Translations under genes and position numbers: made by a program
DNA from: the human T2T-CHM13v2.0 reference genome, Homo sapiens
Length of the DNA stretch: 64,000 nt
Assembly: GCF_009914755.1 (NCBI RefSeq)
Contig: NC_060931.1
Reading direction: 5' to 3' (one strand)
Part shown: positions 46,582-64,000 of the stretch, piece after piece
How the letters are laid out: each line of letters begins with the position of its first letter
Numbering within the stretch: position 1 is the stretch's first letter
The notes under the pieces: generated by a model
What the model saw: only the letters and a program-made list of their open reading frames with translations
Told to the model about the DNA's origin: nothing
Database searches by the model: none

Positions 46582-46695
46582 GGACTTCCATTGTGTTTGA
46601 CATGAGCCTCACCTACATCTTGGTGGCGCTGGCAGCCGTGCTCCTGAACAACGTCCTGGTGGAGAGACTGACCCTGCACACCAGGATCACCGCAA
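46582..46695 (+). pseudogene. SLC29A4: SLC29A4-like third coding exon (114 nt)
   Basis: Acceptor tcctctgcag|; GTSIVFDMSLTYILVALAAVLLNNVLVERLTLHTRITA; weak donor caa|gtgcgc at 46696. Confidence 0.9.
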
Positions 46696-47148
46696 GTGCG
46701 CTGGGCCCTGCCATGGGACACCTGCCTGTCATGGCTCCCACCTGCCTGGCCGGTCACCCACTCACCCAGTTTCCCTGAGCCTCACTCCCCTCGTCTGTAA
46801 AATGGGCACACTTCCTAGGGCTGCCCTGGGGTCTGGTCTAAGACACCGTGGTGGGGCCTCTGTACCCCACGTCATGTCCCTGGGCCCTGCCCAAGCTCTT
46901 CCCCACACCCAGTGTGTTCTTCCTTTCCCATTCCTCTGCACGGCAACATCCAGCTTCGAGGCCTGGCTCAAATGGTGCCTCCTACAGGAAGCCCTCCAGG
47001 TGCCCGTTAGACTTGTAAAGCATCCCTGGCCCTCCTTAAAGGGCAAGGGCAGAGAAAGCCTCAGACCGACTCTGCAGGAGGGGCGAGGAGGAGGGGGACC
47101 CCACCCAGTTGGCTCCACCACTCCCCTCACTGGCCTCTCCCCCAACAG

Positions 47149-47277
47149 GCTACCTCTTAGCCTTGGGCCCTCTCCTTTTTATCAGCATCTGTGACGTGTG
47201 GCTGCAGCTCTTCTCTCGGGACCAGGCCTACGCCATCAACCTGGCTGCTGTGGGCACCGTGGCCTTCGGCTGCACAG
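47149..47277 (+). pseudogene. SLC29A4: SLC29A4-like fourth coding exon (129 nt), last exon present
   Basis: Acceptor ctctcccccaacag|; YLLALGPLLFISICDVWLQLFSRDQAYAINLAAVGTVAFGCT; donor cag|gtagga. Confidence 0.92.
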
Positions 47278-47864
47278 GTAGGAACTGGGGCCCAAGGGGG
47301 AGGCCCTGAGTGCCCACTTCCGACCCCATCCCACCCCAGCCCTTGTCTCCTGCTGGTGGCATGTGACATGACAGGAGCCGGGCTGGCTGAGTGCCAGGTG
47401 TGTGTCCACCTGCATGCCAGCGTGCACACCTGCACACCGGCTCACACCCACACGAGCCTGTGTATGCAGTGTATGCACAGCGTGTAGCCACAGAGACTCT
47501 GAGGCAGACCCTGGTTTCCCTGGTATAAACAGGGCTTCAAAGACTGTTCTGCCTTTGTCACCATGTCACTGTTTATCTTGGGCAATGGCTTTCATCTGAC
47601 TTTGTCAGCCAGGCTAGAGTGCAGTGGCATGATCATAGCTCACTGCAGCCTCAACCTCCTGGACTCAAGCCATCCTCCCCCCTCAGCCTCCTGAGTAGCT
47701 AGGACCACAGGCACATGCCACCAAGCCTGGCTAATTTTAAAAATTGTTTGTAGAGACAAACAATGTTGCCCAGGCTAGTCTTGAACTCTTAGCCCCAAGC
47801 AATCCTCCCACCTCGGTCTTCCAACGTGCTGGTATTACAGGCATGAGCCATCGTGCCTGGCCTT

Positions 47865-48914
<1,050 letters not shown>

Positions 48915-49267
48915 CAAACTCTTTTTGACCATGACTTCCAGGAAGAAAGAAATACATTTTATATTATAGCCCTGTAAACACGTGTGTGTATTTATAAATG
49001 ACATCAAGCCTTCGTGATACTCCCAATACTACTGTTCTGTTTTGTTAAAAAACAAAAAAATGCTGTGACTAGATTTTATTTTTTTAGAGGCAGGGTCTCA
49101 CTCTGTCGCCCAGGCTGGAGTGCAGTGGTGGGAACATGGTTCACTGCAGCCTCAACCTCCTGGGCTCAAGGGAGAGCCCAGGTCCCCCACGTAGCTGGGA
49201 TTACATGCACAGGCCACTGCACCCAGCTAATTTTTAAAAAATTTTTGTTTCCATGCATGGTGGCTCA

Positions 49268-49663
<396 letters not shown>

Positions 49664-49786
49664 TGACCAGAAGATTTTAATTAGACAAAGACTGCCCCTG
49701 AGGCTACTTTCAGGCATGGATTTGCTAGACTCCAAGGTAGGGGCCTGTGCACTTTTATTTTCCCTAGATCCTGATGGATTTCTGGC

Positions 49787-50150
49787 TGTATTAGTTAGGA
49801 TGAGAGGGGTTATTGCTGTATAACAAATTAGCCCAGAAATCTCAGTGGCTCCGTAGAACAAGCCTGACTTCTCGCTTTTGCTGCCTGTCCTCTCTGGAGG
49901 GTGAAGGGTGTTATGCTCCACACGGTCTCTCAGGGCCTCAGGCAGACAGTCCTCTCCCCACTCGGTAACACATGGCCTCTCCTGTCCCTGCCCATGGGAG
50001 AAAGAAGGGTTGAAAGTCCATGCAGACTTTTCACTGCCTTGCCCAGAAGTGACATGTCATTTCTGCAGACGTTTCATTTGCAAGAGCTTGTCCAGAGCTT
50101 GTCAATGACCCTGGCTGACCCCAAGGGCACACTGGCTGGTGTTCCTACTG
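49787..50150 (-). mobile_element. MLT1-like MaLR LTR
   Basis: tgtattagttaggatg...tgctgtataacaaattagcccagaaatctcagtggc...cccagaagtgacatgtcatttctg. Confidence 0.65.
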
Positions 50151-50343
50151 CTCTGTGTCAAATCTCTCTGCCATTAATGATGTTAATGGCTGTTGACGCA
50201 CCCTCGTCCACCAACACAGTTGTCTCAAGCTAGTGCATTTCACCCAAGTTGACAGGTGATAATGGTGCCTCTGGGTTTTTCCTCTCTCTCTCTCACTCCA
50301 AAACCCTCAAAGCTTGAGGGTTCTACATTTTTTTTTGAGATGA

Positions 50344-50647
<304 letters not shown>

Positions 50648-51289
50648 TAGAGAATCCGCGAAGAAGCCACTGCCTTCAAGGAAGGGTGTGGGATCCATAG
50701 AGTAGAAATGTGGCAGGGGATAGTATGAGATTAAAAGCCAAGATGATAAAAATAGCAACAAGCATTTCTATTCTCCTTGACTTTAAAAAACCCTTCCAAG
50801 TACATCTGCCATTCTGGCTGTTAACATCTATCTGAAAGGCTGTCTTGGGGAAGAAAGGTTAGCGTCTTCTCTCTGCCCACAGTGCAAAACCAGAATGAGC
50901 AGGTAAATGCTCCAGCACGGCAGATCATGGCTTAGACAGCAGGGAAGCCTGCCTGCAACAGGGCTGTTCAGAGGAAAAAGGTGCCGGCTGCCTTGCTCAC
51001 CCCTGCTTCACTTGTTCCTTCACTCTGTCAGTAAAGTCATTTAAGGAGGTTAAGATGTGCTAGGCAGTGTTCTATCCCATCCTATGGGAGACAGAGATTC
51101 CTTCTGCTGCTCCCAAAAAGCTTAAGATGGGCCAATGCTTCCCTCCCCTACCTCCCTCAGGTAAATCCTGGTTGGGGTGTGCGGCAGGCTTCCTAGGGGA
51201 TAAATGCCTACCTGAGATTTTTATATCACCATTGTTGTGAGTAGATAATATACGTGTACAATAAAAAAAATTGTAAATGTATAAAAACG

Positions 51290-58410
<7,121 letters not shown>

Positions 58411-58830
58411 GTTAAAAGAAAAGCAAAAACAAAGTTGATAGTGAAAAGTAGGTCTTTCTCCCGTCCACATCCACCTGTCATCCAGCTGCCTAGCCTGGAG
58501 GTAAAGATGGCCTTGGGCATCCTCCCAGAGATATTAATGCATTTACAAGCATCTATAGACATGCACTGCTTTCATTTTTTTTTTTTTTTTTTTTTTAGTC
58601 TTGCACTGTCACCTGGACTTGAGTGCAGGCGTGCAATCTTGGCTCACTGCAACCTTTGCCTCCCAGATTCAAATGATTCTCCTGCCTCTGATTCTCGTAC
58701 CCTGAGTAGCTGGGACTACAGGGGCCTGCCACCATGCCCGGCTAATTTTCTGTATTTTAGTAAAGACGGGGTTTCCCCATGTTGGCCAGCCTTGTCTCAA
58801 ACTCCTGAGCTCAGGTAATACGCCCGCCTC

Positions 58831-59172
58831 TGTTGGGGTGATCAGACCCAACACCAGGTCGTGGGGGCGACGAAGTCCAGTGGAGTCATAGGTATGAGAA
58901 AAAGACAGTTTGAGAGAGAAAGTGGGACCAGGGGGCCATCACGAGTGTGGAGGCTGCAAAGGCCCTGAGCTCTGGGAGCCCATGCTATTTATTGGTGCTC
59001 AAACAAACAAACAGGTGGTGAGGATGTGGGGATTGAAAGGAAACAGTGTATCAAATGAATAAGAAACATATGGCTGCTTGAGATAACATGAGTGCTAGAA
59101 GCAAGGAGCCAGCAAGTCTAGCAGACATGCAAGCCTCAGCTTCTCTCCCAACACTCAGCTTTTCTCCCAACA
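58831..59172 (-). mobile_element. Solo ERVK LTR (LTR14A-like, HERV-K14/HML-1) inserted within an Alu
   Basis: TGTTGGG...CCCAACA termini, 342 bp, AATAAA on minus strand, 6-bp TSD cgcctc (58825-30)/cacctc (59173-78); Alu sequence resumes on both sides. Confidence 0.8.
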
Positions 59173-59687
59173 CACCTCAGCCTCTCAAAGCGCTGGGATT
59201 ACAGGCATGAGCCACCATGCCTGGCCCCATTTTTTTTTTTTTCAAATACAAATGATAGGCTATTACAGACTGCATCCTGTGTTTTGCAAACTTATGGCAA
59301 GTTTTAAAGAAGACAAAGATCATCTTTATTCGTGGTGGGAGGGACAGGGCTTCAGTGGGGAAAAGAGGGCTATTTAAAGACACAGAGACATGTTCAAACA
59401 GAGTGGCCTGTTCAGAGAAGGGCAGGAACCTGCCATGCCTTGGAGCAGAGGAGATGACTGGGGAGATGTGAGGTGAGGAGGCAGGCAGGGGCCAGCCTGT
59501 GGAGGGAGGTGCAGGGGACCACATCTGAGGGTGGCAGCTTGATGCTGAAGGAGAGTCCCTGAGGATGTCAACTGAGGAGGGGCATGAAGTGATCACTTAG
59601 GACTAGATGGCAACTGGTGGTAGACCAGTCCAGGAAAGGGAGGAGGCTGATTCCAGCGAGGTTAGGGAAATAGAATTCACAGGGTCA

Positions 59688-59942
<255 letters not shown>

Positions 59943-60777
59943 TTACCGCTCCTGAAATGGGGCATGCAGAGGTGCCCGTGTTTACATGAGAAGTGAAGAT
60001 TATTAGGTGCCCAAAGGGAGGCCTGACGTTGGATGAAAGGCCCAGGCCAGAGGCAAAAATTTGGAACTGCCAGCCCCAAATGGCCTAGATGAGGTTACTC
60101 TGGAGTGTGGATGGGACAGGGATACAGGGAGAGCCCCAGAAGGTTAAATCCTCGAAGAGTACAGCTATTGAAGTGGTTAAAGGACCTGGAGGGTTCTATG
60201 ATCAATAACTAGCTACCAGCTCCTATCCAGCACTGCTTTTATACCATCATCTTTAAACATGTGCTTGTCTCTGCTCTGCAAGAGAGATTTCCTGTTATAT
60301 GGATGGGATAGAGAAGTGGACACGTGATATTCAAAGTCACGGCTGGCAAATGATGATGTCAGAATTCAAATCCAGATCTGACTCCAAGATTGGCGATTTG
60401 TCGGTTTGGTTTTCTCTGCTCCTCTAAGCAGGAACCCAAGAGAAAATTCGGGAGACTGTGAAAAGAAAAGCAGTGTCTATACTCTGGGAGTCTGCTCCTA
60501 TACCCATGGGGTGTCCTGGTCCACAGTGGCGGCTCCTCAGTAGGGATGGCAGGAATGCTCCCAGCCAGACTTCTGAGCCCTCCTTGTACCTGCACTGGGA
60601 CAAGACTGTGTTCTTAGAGCGATGGCCCTTATCTGCTGATGTGTGCTCTGTGAGGTTGCCTGGTCCCACATCTCAGGGCCAGACTTGCTCTCCTAAGTCC
60701 TCAATTACCAAGGGGCTCCCCGAAAAGCAAAGCTGTTTCCCAGGGTAGGACTGCAGTCATTCCTCCCACAGCCCTAG

Positions 60778-61002
<225 letters not shown>

Positions 61003-61561
61003 TAATGTCACAAGGTTCCCCTCTTCTCCTACTTCTAAAGCAATTCCAAGACACTTTTCAGGCTTTACAGAATAAGCATGGGGTTTGGAGTTCGACATCA
61101 GAGTCCAAGTTTCCACTCAACGCTGACAAGCTCCAAGGAAGTTACTTGATCTTTCTGGGCCAATTTACTCCTCCACTCTGGGCTGAGCTGCTGTGCAGAT
61201 GAAATGAGATAATGTAAGTGAAGTTTCTGGCATGCAGCTGGAGCTGAGGGATGTTCTTCTTCTTGTCCTCCTTCATCTGCTCAAAGGGCTGCGCCAAGAG
61301 TCTGCTGTGTTTCAGGAAATTTCTCTGAGTGAGTCTCTATTTCTTACTAGCAGTGAACCACAGCAGGCCTTTCCCAGCTCCTGCCCCCAGTACTGTTCCC
61401 TCTAGGTCCTTGTAGGTGGTCCAGGAAAGGAGGCAGGGGACAAGGCCAAAGAACAGCAGCAAAGCAGGGAGAGGCCTATTCCGTCCCCCAGTGAGGAGAG
61501 ATCTCGGTGACCTCCGGCCCACCTGGCTGGAACTTAGAAGGCTCAGGAAATTTATACTTAG

Positions 61562-61810
<249 letters not shown>

Positions 61811-64000
61811 TGAGTAGCTGGGATGACAGGCATGTCCCACCATGCCCAGCTAATTTTTGTATTTTTAGTAGAGATGGGGTTTCACCATGTTGGCCAGGCT
61901 GGTCTCAAACTCCTGACCTCAGGTAATTTGCCTGCCTTGGCCTCCCAAATTGCTGGGATTACAGGCATAAGCCGTCGTGCCCAACTGATTTTTTTTATTT
62001 GATTAGTAGTGGTCATGTGCCCTTGTGTGCATGTATGTGTGTATGTGTATGTGAGAGAGTGGAAGGAATATTAGACAGAGTTCAAACACCTGGGTTCTAT
62101 TACTACCACCCCTTCCAACGGAGTGACCCTGTTCAGTCTATTTCTGATCTCTCAGGGCTGTCCATGAGGCTTTTCTGTGCAGGGGACTGGACAAGCATGT
62201 GACCCCATCAGGCTAGGGACAGTTGTTGGAGGTGGTGGGAATACAGTGGCATGAGGGTGGCATATGCCTGGGCATAACAAGGTTCAAGGGAGCCAAAGAT
62301 TTCAGGACAGGACCAGAAGAGGGTGGAGGGGAGGAGAGGCCGGAGCCTGGAGCTGGGAGCCCCTGCCTTGCCCCTTGGACTCTCTGCAACCCCTCTTCTT
62401 GGTAACTGAGAATGGCGATGATGCCCCCAGCACAGGGTGGTGAGGAAGAGTGAGTGAGATCATTGAAATGGTGCTTTGTGGATGTAAAATTCTGTGTAAA
62501 ATATTATTAGCAAAGGGAGCTGTGACACCATTGGAAGAAAACTTGGGGAGGGACGAGACTTGGAATAGTCCACATCCAGCAACAAACTCCTCAGGGCTCT
62601 CAGCTGTTATCAAACTGCATCCTATGCTCCCTCCTCAGAACCACACACAGGAACGTGGGCTTCTTTCGGCCATCTGGTCCTTGGTGTCAGTTTCACTTAA
62701 GGAATGACTGTATTAAATTGATGGAACTTTAGTAAACTTAATTAACATCCACCATGCACCCTTCCTTGGCAGCCTGAACCCCAGGTCCAGAGCCCCATGT
62801 TCAGGAGCCATGCAGGCAGCTGGGTCCCTGGAGCAGGTCCCCCGGCAGAGACGCCAAATGACAGCTGGGAAGGCCCACCTTGCCTGAGTTCGAGCTGTAA
62901 ACATCCAAGAAATCTACCAGCGGTTACTGAGAGGATGTTAAAAATAATTATCCACTGAAAATATTAGATTTGCTCTGGATTGTTCATTACATACAATGGC
63001 TTCATAGAACTTTTATCAAATTGTAATCGCTCCAGCTTGCCATTGTTTTCAAAGCTCCTAGTATATCACAAACATTTATTTCTGACCACAAAATTACATT
63101 TATTCAACAGAAAGCAGCTCTGGGTCTTTCAGAGGTTAACTTCTGGAGTGCTTGGCTGCGCTCCAGCCCGCATTGGAGGGGGCGCACGGGTGCAGTGGCA
63201 CCAGGCAGTGGTGGCAGCACCGGGTGGGCAGCCATGATTAATAGAGTGCTGAGGGCACCCCTTTCCACAGGTGCATGGCTCCTGCCCCTGCTTCCATAGA
63301 TCATGGACTTAGCCTCAACATATCTGACTGAAATTGAATTTGGCTTCTCTCTCAGCTGTTCAGTTCCTATATTATACAAGGTTAGATCCCTTTCTCTATG
63401 AGCAGAAGAACCAAACCATCTGCAGCTTCGGAGGAGAAAATGTGCTTTCAATTATGCACCTGGCCTGAATGTTGAGCCGCAGTTCGATGGGTCCCTAATT
63501 GAGCCATCATGGTGCGAACATACAGGGAGACACTGTGTGCATCAGGCCTGTGGGTTTTGCCCTAAGATAATGACAGTACAGCAGCCACATCACCACGGTG
63601 ACCACCACAGCTGCCACCACTGTCACCTCCACCACCGCAGAAGGCCCAAGAGCCTGCAGACATACATGCTGGGTGAGAAGGAAGTTACCCAGCAAGGGTC
63701 CAGGGCAGCAGGCTGTGTTAGGGTCCCTGGAAAGCCTCCCTGTATCCTCCAGCCAGAATGCATCATCCTGTCCCCAGAGTGCCTGGCCTGCTCCACAGTC
63801 ACCTGTCTGGCCCCAAACCCAAAGAAGACCCAGACAACCTCTCCCTACTCCCAGCAGGACACTGGCCTATTTTGCTTGTGGGCATCTAGAAACCAAACTA
63901 ACCGAACTAGTTGCTCACACGCAGCACTCAATAAGTATTCATTTACAAGGAGAAGGAAAGAGGCAGGGGGAAGTTCAGCTAAGAATGTTTTACATAACCA

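Noticed and set aside
62940-63500. Repeat-poor block with homeobox-like TAAT motifs
   Set aside because: May be a conserved non-coding element, but nothing in the sequence alone supports a call.

Overview
Human/primate genomic DNA, very Alu-rich (roughly 90 Alu elements or fragments by eye), with no intact protein-coding gene. The main feature is a duplicated, unprocessed 5' fragment of SLC29A4 (PMAT/ENT4) on the + strand. It has a CpG-island/GC-box promoter at ~38.3 kb and four coding exons (43259-43427, 46191-46322, 46582-46695, 47149-47277) that splice into an open 544-nt frame. The following exons (VQQSSFYG... onward) are absent from the remaining 16.7 kb. A MIR4283 hairpin at 31766-31845 points to the chr7 pericentromeric segmental duplications (7p11.2/7q11.21; locus from memory, not verified). 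After ~48.9 kb the DNA appears to switch donor and carries a nested L1M > full-length Tigger1 > Alu stack and an LTR14A-like solo LTR inside an Alu. The most unusual structure is a ~230-bp, ~96%-identical inverted repeat that loops out the ATG-bearing exon; its mismatches are biased toward G.U pairs on the sense strand. Also notable: a duplicated 23-bp-stem hairpin upstream of the promoter, a triple tandem 5' splice site, and two Alus plus an orphan segment sharing a single TSD. Repeat family names come from recalled consensus sequences and boundaries are approximate unless stated.
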